Source: Streptomyces sp. ICBB 8177
GTDB lineage: Bacteria; Actinomycetota; Actinomycetes; Streptomycetales; Streptomycetaceae
NCBI RefSeq assembly: GCF_003144095.1
Contig: NZ_NSKH01000024.1
Location: 201,198 to 265,197, forward strand
Direction of reading: 5' to 3'
Length of the DNA stretch: 64,000 nucleotides
Within the stretch, counting starts at the first letter, position 1, and every line of letters begins with the position of its first letter. Below are positions 24,936 to 33,866 of this stretch, piece by piece. The notes beneath the pieces were generated by a model that saw only the letters and a program-made list of their open reading frames with translations, was not told the origin of the DNA and ran no database searches. The position numbers and the translations under genes are program-made.

Positions 24936-26367
24936 CCGCGGCCCCCGCCACCGGACCGGATCCCGCCGCCGGTGCGCCCGCCACCGAAGCCGCCACGGCT
25001 GCCGCCACCGCCCAGACCGCCGGGGAACGAGCCGCTGGGGAAGCCGTTGCTGCCGGTCGAGGCGACCGAGGCGATCTGCACCGTCTCGCCCTGCGTCAGG
25101 CCGCTGGTGATCTGGTCGTCGGTGTCGCCCTCGACGCCCACGGTGACGTCGACCCGCTGCGTGGAGCCGTCCGCCTTGACGACGGTCACCGTGCGGTCGG
25201 TGCCGGTGCCGCTGACCGCGGCGGTCGGCACGTACAGGGCGCCGGACGCCTCGCCGGTGACGACCTGGACGGTCGCGCTCATGCCGGTGCGCAGGTTCGC
25301 GGTGGAGCTGGTGATGGCCAGGGTGGCCGCGTACTGGACGGCGCTGCCGGAGCTGCTGCCGCCCCCGCCGCCTCCCGAGCCGGAACCGCTGCTGACCGGG
25401 AGCGAACTGACCGACACCATTTTCGCGTTGAGGGTGGTGCCGGACTCCGCGTTGAGGCTGACGGTGGCCGCCTGGCCGGGCTTGACCTTGAGCGCGTCGG
25501 TCTCGGAGAAGTCCGCGGTGACCTCCATGCCGGTCGGGTTGGTGATGACCACGAAGCCGGTGGGGGCGGAGGACGAGGAGGAGCTGGAGGACGAGCCGCT
25601 GCTCGCGTTGCCGCTGCCTGAGCCGCTGGAGCCGCTTGAGCCGCTTGAGCCCGACACCGTGTCGCCGACCTTGCCGGCCACCGAGGCGACGGTGCCGCCG
25701 ACCGGGGCCGTGAGCACGGTGCCGTCCACGGCGCGCTGCGCGGCGTCCACCGCGTCCTGCGCCTGGGTGACGCTCGCCTCGGCCTGCGCGAGTTGCGCGG
25801 GGTCGACGGTGGTGGTCAAGGCGGCGTCGGTGGCGGTGGCGGTCGTGGTGCCGCTCGTCAGGTAGGAGGAGTCACGGGCCCCGCCGCCGTTCGAGCCACC
25901 GTTGGAGCCGCCGTTCGAACCACCGGAACCCGTTGAACCGGATCCGGACCCGGAGGTGGTTGTGGTGCTCTCCCCCTCCTCGACCTTGGTCAGATTGGCC
26001 TGGGCGGCGGTGAGGTTGGCCTCGTCCTCGCTGAGCGTCTCGTTCGCGGAGGTCGGGTCGACCTTGGCGAGCGTCTCGCCCTTGGTGACCTTGTCGCCGG
26101 GCTTGACGTCGACCTCGGTGAGCGTGCCGCCCGTGGTGAAGTCGACGCCCGCGTCGGTGGGCGACGTCAGCGATCCGGAACCGGAGACCGTGGCCAGCAC
26201 GGTCCCCTTGGCAACGGTCGCGGTACGCGTGCTCGTGTGCGCGGAACCGCCGCCGCCGCTGTTCACCGCCGCGTAGGAACCGGCGGCGGCAGCGAGGAGC
26301 ACCACGCCGAGCACCGAGTTCATCAGGACGGCCCTGCGCCGCCGTGGGAGCACCTTCATGCCGCGCA
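24932..26367 (-). CDS. Efflux periplasmic adaptor (HlyD/MacA family) with long Gly/Ser-rich regions
   Basis: Signal/TM segment, biotinyl-lipoyl-like and beta-barrel segments (VKPGDKVTKGETLAKVDP..., GTVLTAPVGGTV). Start chosen at MRGMKVLP; the ORF track extends further. Confidence 0.75.
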
Positions 26368-26621
26368 TCCTGACCGCCCGCTCCAGTGAACCCCTGGGAG
26401 CGATCTGGGAGTTCGCTGGCAGCGCGAGCGCGTGCGTGCGACACGAGGGCGGGGGCGGAACGGTTGATACAGGGAGCAACCCCACTCGACGAACCGGCGC
26501 CGCCCCGGCACGATTCCCAGGAAACTCCCAGGTCGTTCCCAGGGGTCCTCCATGCCGGTGCGGTTCAGTCGTGCGGAATCCGTTCCCGAGCCGTTTTCGA
26601 ACCCACGAGGAGACCGCGCCC

Positions 26622-27224
26622 ATGACGACCCGGACCATCCCGACGGCGCTGCGGGCCGCCGCGTCCGTAGCCGTCATCGCCTCGGGCGCGCTGCTGCTGA
26701 CCGCGTGCTCGTCGTCCTCGTCCTCCTCCGCGTCGTCGAACGCGTCGGCGTCGGCGTCCTCCTCCTCAGCGGGCGGGCGTCAGCAGATGGCCGCGTACAC
26801 GCAGTGCCTGTCGCAGCACGGTGTCAAGATCACCCGGCCCTCGGGCCGCCCGAGCGCGCGGCCGAGCGGCGGCTTCCGCCACGGTGGCGGTGGCGGCGGC
26901 GGGTTCGGCGGCTTCGGCTTCGGCGGCGGGGCGTCGGCGAACCCGGCGATGCAGAAGGCCGCGCAGGCCTGCGCGAGTCTGCGTCCGCAGTTCAAGGGCG
27001 GCGGCGGCAACAGTGCCTACGCGACGGCGTTCAAGGCGTTCACGGGGTGCCTGAAGGACCACGGCGTCAACCTCCCGTCCGCCTCCTCCGGCACGATGGG
27101 CGGCGGCACGCGCGGCCTCAACACCTCGGACCCGAAGACCGCGGCGGCCTACAAGACCTGCAAGCCCCTCCTCCCCCAGCGGGGCCCCGGCAACCCGACG
27201 GCTAGCGCAACCCCGTCGGCGTAG
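26622..27224 (+). CDS. Lipoprotein (Cys-containing repeats, Gly-rich)
   Basis: Lipobox LLLTAC after a signal peptide. Repeated QCLSQHGV / GCLKDHGV motifs. Confidence 0.6.
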   Translation: MTTRTIPTALRAAASVAVIASGALLLTACSSSSSSSASSNASASASSSSAGGRQQMAAYTQCLSQHGVKITRPSGRPSARPSGGFRHGGGGGGGFGGFGFGGGASANPAMQKAAQACASLRPQFKGGGGNSAYATAFKAFTGCLKDHGVNLPSASSGTMGGGTRGLNTSDPKTAAAYKTCKPLLPQRGPGNPTASATPSA

Positions 27225-27249
27225 CAGCCCGCCCCCTCGCCTTCCGCGA

Positions 27250-27333
27250 ATCAGTTGTCACCCCCTTGTCTCCGGCAACAACCTCAGGTTGACAATTCGT
27301 TGTCTCCGACAAGGGGGTGACAACTGATTCACG
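27250..27333. repeat. Long imperfect inverted repeat (about 25-bp arms) in the convergent intergenic region
   Basis: TGAATCAGTTGTCACCCCCTTGTC ... GACAAGGGGGTGACAACTGATTCA with a 35-nt spacer that has its own internal dyad symmetry. Confidence 0.75.
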
Positions 27334-27344
27334 GGGAACGAGGC

Positions 27345-27885
27345 GTGCCGCCGTCAGCTGCTCCGGATGTGGTGGAGCATCAGCAGGGCGGCGACGGCGT
27401 TGGCCGACCGGATCTCACCGCGGGTCACCAGGTCCGGCACGTCCTTGAGCGGCACCCACTCCCGGCGCTCCGACTCGAAGGCGTCCTCCGGGTCGCCGAC
27501 GTATTCGGCATCCTGGGCCCAGAAGACCTAGTGGCGGGCGTCGGTCAGCCCATGCTGCGGCTCGACCATCATCAACTCCCGCAACGGCCCCGGTCGCCAG
27601 CCCGTCTCCTCCAGCATCTCCCGCGCGGCGGCGTCCGCCGGCTCCTCCCCGTCCTCGACCACGCCGGCGGCCAGTTCGTAGCTCCACGTGCCGGTGATGA
27701 AGCGATGCCGCCACAGCAGGAGGACCTCGTCGGCGTCGTTGACGACGGTCGCCAGAGCCACCGGCCGCTGCCGGATGACGTAGTGGTCCAGGTGGCGGCC
27801 GTCAGGCAGTTCCACGTCAGCGAGGTTCACCCGAAGCCACGGGTTCTCGTACACGGTGTGCTCGCCGAGATTCGTCCACCGCACC
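27345..27885 (-). pseudogene. NUDIX hydrolase interrupted by an in-frame TAG (27528-27530)
   Basis: NUDIX box GVVEDGEEPADAAAREMLEETG upstream of the stop. The reading frame continues with homologous-looking sequence (VFWAQDAEYVGDP...VPLKDVPDLVTRGEIRSANAVAALLML) after the TAG. Confidence 0.65.
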
Positions 27886-27894
27886 GCGCGACCC

Positions 27895-28260
27895 TTAACG
27901 CGCCGACTTCTCGATTGCCTCGAAGATGTCCGCGTCGGTCTCCCTCTGCCACAGCGGGAGTTCTGGCCAGTCCGCCACGTAGCCCGGCTTCGGGTTTTCG
28001 AAGTGCTTGAACATCTGAGCGGTCCAGCAGGTGGCGACGAAGCGGCTCTTCTGCTCGCGGGACAGCCGGTCCGTCCTGGCGTCACTGACCTCGACGAACC
28101 GACGCACCTGCTCGTACACCGCTTGCGCCGCATCGCGTTCCCACTGCGGGGTGTCGTCCCACGGGGTCACGTATCCGGCCTTCGGCTCACCGGGAAAGTG
28201 CCGCCGCACGCCCTCGATCCAGGCCTCCCGGAACAGTCGTGCACCCTCGGTCTGCGACAT
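27895..28260 (-). CDS. Hypothetical protein
   Basis: High GC3. ATG with a GAGGTGG RBS (MSQTEGARLFREAWIEGV...). Directly upstream of, and co-oriented with, the NUDIX gene. Confidence 0.5.
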   Translation of the reverse strand: MSQTEGARLFREAWIEGVRRHFPGEPKAGYVTPWDDTPQWERDAAQAVYEQVRRFVEVSDARTDRLSREQKSRFVATCWTAQMFKHFENPKPGYVADWPELPLWQRETDADIFEAIEKSAR

Positions 28261-28285
28261 GCCCACCTCTTCCGTCACGGTGTCC

Positions 28286-29526
28286 TCAGCGAGGCGATCT
28301 CCGCCTCCAACTCGGCCAATCGCCGGTCCCGTTTGTGACGGGGCCGAACTCGGCGCACAGCTCTCGGAGTCTACGAGTCAGGTAGCCGGAAGACGAGGCG
28401 CGAGCGAGTTCGACGGCCTCCCGGCCATACGACACCGCTTGTTCCAGGTCGCACCGCTTCACGCCGACGGCGCGAGGTCTGTCAACACAGCACCCCTTCT
28501 GCGATATGACTGCCCAGCGGCCAGGGCAGTGTTCCCCAGAGCCAAACTGAGCGTCGTCTCCGCACTTTCCAAACGCTCTAGTCGCACGTACCTGGCACCG
28601 CGCTCCTCCGCGAGACGAGAGCCATCGAACCTGAGCCATCCGCCGTTGCTAACGACCGGAGTGAGGTCCCGGACCTTCTCCGCACGGTCCAACGCGTCTT
28701 CGCAGGCTCGAAGTTCGCCCATACCGGCGTACGCCTCCGCTTGGACCGACGCGACCCAATGACGGGTCGGGAGCGCGCTGTCCCCATGCTCAGCCAGCCT
28801 CTCAGCCACACCAAGCATCTGTGACGCCTGGCCATAGCGGTGCTCTGCCATGTCAACATAGGCATGCCGTACCAAGGCGCATGCCCACAAGTCATAGGCC
28901 CCGGCCTCCCTGCTGAGCGATGCTGCGAGGACGTAGGAGGCCGCGGCGTCGTCATAGCGGTTCGCGTCGAAGGCCACCTCACCGGCCAACTGGAGGAGGT
29001 CTGCCGCAGCGGTCATGAGCGGCGGAATGTTCCCACGGCCAGCGGTCATCGCCTCGTTGACCGCTACGAGTTGGTCGCGGGCGAACCGTGCGTACGGATT
29101 GCTTCGACCTCGCCAGTTGGTAGACCTGCCAGAGATGACTGTTCATCCGGCTGAATTCAGTGGGCGTCGCCCGTCGAACACCCGTAGCGAGGGCTTCGGT
29201 TTCTTCGGCGGGAAGAGCGGCAAGTGCTCCGCTGAGGGCGAGCGAGCGAAGAAACGCGGCGAATCATCTCGTCATGCTCTCCGGCATTCGGGCGAACTTC
29301 GGCTTCGTGCGTGGTTTCTGCCCCGTCTGCTGTTCGGGACGTCGACAGGAGTGCATCGAGTTCTTGGAGGCTGACGTCCAACGCGGCCGCCAAACGCCGT
29401 CGCTGCGGTGGTTGAGGGGCGATCCTCCCGGCCTCCCAGCGCCCGACCGTCGTACGGTCCACGCCGAGTAACTCGGCCAGCTTCTCCTGACTGTAGCCCA
29501 GCACCCTGCGCCTCTTCGCCAATCCC
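28286..29526 (-). pseudogene. XRE-family HTH regulator with C-terminal TPR-like domain, split across three frames (at least two frameshifts)
   Basis: HTH piece 29526-29157 (LGYSQEKLAELLGVDRTTVGRWEAG), middle TPR-like piece 29049-28459, and C-terminal piece 28639-28286, all on the minus strand but in different frames. Confidence 0.55.
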
Positions 29527-30006
29527 ATGGCCGAACCTTCCCACAACGCGAGGCTTTCGCAGACCGTGCGCGGGTCTGCGTCAAGTCTGCCGCACTGATG
29601 CCGTGGTTACCCACGTCTTCGCGCGCTTTCCTGATGCAGCGGAGGATGAGCACGGTGAGCCCGGGAGGAGTTGCCATGGCCACAGGAGATCCCGACCCAG
29701 AAGGCGAGTTGAACAGTTGTTCCCGAAGTCGAGAACGGCTCAGCGAACAGCGAGTCCTCATGACGTACAGAGTCTCTCGTGATTCCGGACGTACTTGGGA
29801 GCAGTCACCCAGGTGCTTGGGGACGACCACCTGCCGATCCTGGACAACCCACGTCGCTATCCACCCTGCGCGTGCCCACGTTGTTCAGGCGTGGCCGACG
29901 GCCCCGGTCGCGCAACGACAGTCTGGCCAGTTGCGGACCTGTAGGAGCGAGCCATCGTCTCCAGCGGGTCCAACCACACCGAAGGATCGAAACCAAAGGA
30001 GAAGCA

Positions 30007-30158
30007 TGCGAATCGCAGCGATCAGGCACATGGACACCAGCGGAGCGTTCGCGCAAGGCGACGAGGAGAAGGACAAGCTGCCGGGGCAGCCGTGGACGCC
30101 GCAGCCGCCCTCGCCGGACGGTGGTAGTCCTCAGGGTGACGGGAAGCACCGCAAGTGA
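30007..30158 (+). CDS. Small precursor-like peptide (50 aa) with a conserved Asp-Gly-rich C-terminus; candidate substrate of the downstream PIMT homolog
   Basis: ATG preceded by a perfect AAGGAG RBS at 5-nt spacing. Product is MRIAAIRHMDTSGAFAQGDEEKDKLPGQPWTPQPPSPDGGSPQGDGKHRK. Its stop TGA overlaps the GTG start of the next gene. A paralog is present at 34166. Confidence 0.7.
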
Positions 30159-31303
30159 CCGACACGGACACCGGCCGCCCCAGCGACGAGTTGGGGCGGT
30201 ACCTCCTTGATCGCGGTGACATGACATCGGACTGGGCCGTGCCTTTCGCCGCCGTGCCGCGTGCGGCGTTCCTGCCCGACCGGATGTGGGTCTGGGACAT
30301 GGAGACACAGGGGACTGAACTCCACGACAAGCAAGATGACTTGGCCGCTTGGACCCGTGCCGCCTACCGTGACGCGCCGATCGTCACCCAGTGGGACGAC
30401 GGCCGGCACGCCGGGTCCACGGCCGGGAGGCTCGCCACCAGCTCGGCGTCGATGCCCTCCGTGGTCCTGAGCATGCTGCGGGACCTCGACGTCGTGGACG
30501 GTGTGCGGGTACTGGAGATCGGCACCGGCACGGGCTGGAACGCGGGGCTCCTGTGTGCCCGCCGGGGCGAGGCGAACGTCGTCACCGTCGAGGTCGACGC
30601 CCAGGTGGCCGCCACCGCACGCACCGCGCTGGGCAGAGCCGGGCTGCGGCCCGCCGTCGTCTGCGGTGACGGCGCGGCCGGATACGGTGTCCGCGCACCG
30701 TACGACCGCGTGATCGCCACCGTGGGCGTGCGTAGCGTGCCGTACGCGTGGATCGAGCAGACCCGCCCCGGCGGAATCGTGCTCACCCCCTGGGGCACGC
30801 ACTACAGCAACCAGGAGGCCCTGGCCCGCCTCACGGTGGACGAGGACGGCACGGCGTCGGGTCCGTTCCTGCGGCCGGTCGAGTTCATGACCCTGCGCGG
30901 CCAGCGTCTCGACTGGGGGCGGTTCTCCGGCCACGTTCCGGAGGACTACGCGTCGATTCCTGCCGTGCGGAGAAGCTGCGTCACCTTGGCCGAACTGACC
31001 GGCACCGCCCAGCAGTTCGTGTGCGGGCTGCGGATGCACCGGTGCGCCCAGGTCGTCAACGGGCGCCGCGTCTGGCTCTTCGACATGGACTCGACGTCCT
31101 GGGTTCTGGCGGAGTTCCCGGAGGAAGACGGCCCACCGCTGGTGAGGCAGTTGGGGCCGCGACCCTTGTGGGACGAGTTGCTATGCGTCCTCGAATGGTG
31201 GAGACGGGGAGGCTCGCCGGGCCCCCGCCACTTCGGGCTGACGGTCACTCCCAACGGTCAGTCGGCATGGCTTCTCGACCGCGCCAACGCCTGGGTCGTG
31301 TGA
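30155..31303 (+). CDS. Protein-L-isoaspartate(D-aspartate) O-methyltransferase (PIMT/PCMT) family protein with an approximately 150-aa C-terminal extension
   Basis: VLEIGTGTGWNAGLL SAM motif I and overall PCMT-like N-terminal layout. GTGA overlap with the upstream peptide gene. The architecture resembles PIMT homologs found in RiPP clusters. Confidence 0.8.
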   Translation: MTDTDTGRPSDELGRYLLDRGDMTSDWAVPFAAVPRAAFLPDRMWVWDMETQGTELHDKQDDLAAWTRAAYRDAPIVTQWDDGRHAGSTAGRLATSSASMPSVVLSMLRDLDVVDGVRVLEIGTGTGWNAGLLCARRGEANVVTVEVDAQVAATARTALGRAGLRPAVVCGDGAAGYGVRAPYDRVIATVGVRSVPYAWIEQTRPGGIVLTPWGTHYSNQEALARLTVDEDGTASGPFLRPVEFMTLRGQRLDWGRFSGHVPEDYASIPAVRRSCVTLAELTGTAQQFVCGLRMHRCAQVVNGRRVWLFDMDSTSWVLAEFPEEDGPPLVRQLGPRPLWDELLCVLEWWRRGGSPGPRHFGLTVTPNGQSAWLLDRANAWVV

Positions 31304-31402
31304 CTACGCGGGACTCTTGTCTCCGGCCCGCGTGCCGAAGGCCCCCGTCGCGGTGGGCGCGCTGGGGGCCTTCGGGGTGAGGCGGCGTCAAAAGGGCTCG
31401 CC

Positions 31403-32599
31403 TCAGCGGATGTTCACCGGGCCGTCGTCGTCCGAAGTGCCGTCCTGCGGGCGGGTCTTGGCCGTGCCCAGGTAGCGCTGGAGCTGTGCGCCGGGGGCCG
31501 GAGAGGAAGACGCGCCGTCCGCGCCGCTGAGGTTGCGGCGGACCGAGTCCAGGATCGTCAGGCCCTGGCCGACCAGGCCCGCCGCGATCTCGCCCAGGCC
31601 GTCCGCGCCGTTGAGGACGTTGACGTTCGCGCCGGCCAGGCCCGCCGACGCCTCCTTGACGATCTGCGGCAGCTGGTCGATCAGCATGCGGTCGAGCGCG
31701 ACGCGGTCGTGCGAGGCGGCGGCCTCTGCCTGGATCTTCATCCGTTCGGCCTCGGCCAGCGCCAGCACCCGGATGCGCTCGGCCTCCGCCTGCGCGGGCT
31801 TGACCACCTCGGCGACCAGCTGCTGCTGCCGCAACTGGGCCGCGCGCTCTGCCAGTTCGGTCTGCGCCGCCAGCACCTCCTGCTGGGCGTGCGCCTGCGC
31901 CAGCGGTCCGGCCTGCGCGGCCTGCGCCTGGACGCGGTCCACCTCGGCGTTGTACTGCGCCTGCACGACCGCGGTCTGCCGGGCGTACTCGGCCTGGTTG
32001 CGGGCCGCCTCCTGCTGCGCCTCCACCGACTGCTGGGTGGCCTGCGCCTGCGCGATCTGCGCCTGCCGCTGGATGGCCGCCTTGTGCGGGGCGGACATCG
32101 CGTCGATGTAACCGGTGTCCCCGTCGTCGATCGACTGGATCTGCAACGAGTCCACGATCAGGCCGATCTTGGCCATCTCCGCCTTGGACGTCTCCAGCAC
32201 CTCGGTGGCGAGCTTCTGCCGTTCGGTGACGATCTCCTCGACCGTCATCGAGCCGATGATGGCCCGCAGGTGGCCCGCGAAGATGCGGCCGGTCAGGATC
32301 GACATCTGGTCCTGGTCGGACAGGAAGCGCTGACCGGCGTTGACGATGCTCTCGTTGTCGTTGCCGACCTTGAACGCGATCACGGCCTTCACCGTCAGCG
32401 CGATGCCCTGCTTGGTCACGCACTTCTCTGCGACCTCCGCCTCGCACATCGCGAGGGTGAGGAAGCGGACCTTGCGGAACACGGGGAGGACGAACTTGCC
32501 GTGCCCCGTCACCACCCGGAACGGAGCACCCCCCTGGCCCCGCCTGCCCCCCGAGATCAGCATCGCCTCGTCAGGGGCGGGAACGCGGTAACCGAACAT
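31403..32599 (-). CDS. Flotillin-like SPFH/band-7 domain protein
   Basis: SPFH domain (EAEVAEKCVTKQGIALTVKAVIAFKV...) followed by a long Ala/Gln-rich coiled coil. Confidence 0.85.
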   Translation of the reverse strand: MFGYRVPAPDEAMLISGGRRGQGGAPFRVVTGHGKFVLPVFRKVRFLTLAMCEAEVAEKCVTKQGIALTVKAVIAFKVGNDNESIVNAGQRFLSDQDQMSILTGRIFAGHLRAIIGSMTVEEIVTERQKLATEVLETSKAEMAKIGLIVDSLQIQSIDDGDTGYIDAMSAPHKAAIQRQAQIAQAQATQQSVEAQQEAARNQAEYARQTAVVQAQYNAEVDRVQAQAAQAGPLAQAHAQQEVLAAQTELAERAAQLRQQQLVAEVVKPAQAEAERIRVLALAEAERMKIQAEAAASHDRVALDRMLIDQLPQIVKEASAGLAGANVNVLNGADGLGEIAAGLVGQGLTILDSVRRNLSGADGASSSPAPGAQLQRYLGTAKTRPQDGTSDDDGPVNIR

Positions 32600-32613
32600 C
32601 CTTCGTCGTCTCC

Positions 32614-32864
32614 TCAACCAGCGTCGCCGGCGTCACCGGCCAACGCGTCCAACGGATCGGCCCATTCGATGACGTCGACCTGGCGGGTGCCCCGGGACTC
32701 GACCACCAGGACGTTCGCTCCCTTGGGCAGCGGCTCCGCGGACCAGGCGAGGAACGCCTCCGATCCGCCCCGGACCCGCACCAGCACCTCGCCGGGCCCG
32801 TCGGCCCCGCGAGTGCCGATGAGCAGCACCCCCGCGCAACCGACCACAGCCTCGTCCGACGCCA
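32614..32864 (-). CDS. NfeD-like OB-fold protein (flotillin-associated)
   Basis: GEVLVRVRGGSEAFLAWSAEPLPKGANVLVVESRGTRQVDV OB-fold pattern. Immediately upstream of the flotillin gene. Confidence 0.6.
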
Positions 32865-32990
32865 TTGACGGCCATCCCCCATCGTTCCTGGTCCTGGTTC
32901 CGACCTTAGCGCTCCGCGAGATCGACGCCCATGGTGGTGAGGTCACGAGTCGGGGGGCGCCCACCGCCAGCGGCCCGAGCCCGGACGGCC

Positions 32991-33719
32991 TCAGTGGCGC
33001 TCGTGCCCCAGCCCGATCTCGTACGCGATCTCCAGCCGCACGTCCGGCACCGTGATGTCGGCCGTCTCGACCGGGCGGCCGTCCGCCGCGTAGTACGTGC
33101 GCTCGATGTGCAGCAGCAGGTCACCGGGGGCGATGCCGAGCAGCGCCGCCTCCGCGGTGGTGGCCCGTCCGGGACGCGGCACCTCCACGGCCCTGGTGAT
33201 CTCGATGCCGATGCTGCGCATCCGCTCGACCACGCCCTTGCCCTTCATCGGGCCCAGCTCCGGCAGCACGATCGGGGTGCGGCCGGTGATCGCCATCGGC
33301 TCCCAGCTCTCCGCCAGGTGGACCGGCTGACGGTCGGTGAGGAACTCGTACCGCGTCCGTACGCACATGTCCCCCTCGGCGATGTCCAGCCTGCGGGCGA
33401 TGCGGGCCGGGGCCGGGGTGTGCGCCTCGCTGTGGAACTCGCGTGCGGCGCCGCCGCCCGGGGTGGCCTCACCACGCGAACGCACCATCCGGTGCCGCTC
33501 GCGCGGCTCGCGCACGTACGTGCCGGAGCCCGCCCGGCCCTCCAGCAGGCCCTCGACGATGAGCAGGTCGACCGCGCGCTGCGTCACGTTCCGCCCGACG
33601 CCGTACTCCTCGGCGAGGCGGGCGCGTGACGGCAGGCGTTCGCCGGTGGCCCACTCCCCGCCCCTGACCCGGGCGCGCAGGGCCTCGGCGACCTCGAGGT
33701 AGGGGGCCTCGCGTGCCAT
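32991..33719 (-). CDS. GntR/HutC-family transcriptional regulator (UTRA effector domain)
   Basis: N-terminal GntR wHTH (LPSRARLAEEYGVGRNVTQRAVDLLIVEGLLEGRAGSGTYV) plus a C-terminal UTRA-like domain. Confidence 0.85.
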   Translation of the reverse strand: MAREAPYLEVAEALRARVRGGEWATGERLPSRARLAEEYGVGRNVTQRAVDLLIVEGLLEGRAGSGTYVREPRERHRMVRSRGEATPGGGAAREFHSEAHTPAPARIARRLDIAEGDMCVRTRYEFLTDRQPVHLAESWEPMAITGRTPIVLPELGPMKGKGVVERMRSIGIEITRAVEVPRPGRATTAEAALLGIAPGDLLLHIERTYYAADGRPVETADITVPDVRLEIAYEIGLGHERH

Positions 33720-33810
33720 CCGCCGTCTCCCGACTGCCGTGTGCCGTCTACCGGTTGGTGCGCTCTTGGGTGCCTTTGCTCCGTTGACAAAGCTACTGCA
33801 TCAGGTACAA

Positions 33811-33824
33811 GCTGCTTAAGCAGC
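33811..33824. promoter_or_regulatory. Perfect 14-bp palindrome GCTGCTTAAGCAGC in the GntR divergent promoter region (candidate operator)
   Basis: Self-complementary sequence in an AT-richer stretch between the GntR start (33719) and the downstream operon. A TTGACA hexamer lies at 33784-33789. Confidence 0.5.
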
Positions 33825-33866
33825 ATTACCATGTGTGATCACCGGCCGCCTCACCTGGGGACATTC

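Noticed and set aside
29598-30006. N-terminal extension of the peptide ORF suggested by the ORF track (186 aa)
   Set aside because: No RBS and poor coding character upstream. The AAGGAG-supported ATG at 30007 and the paralog at 34166 define the short gene.
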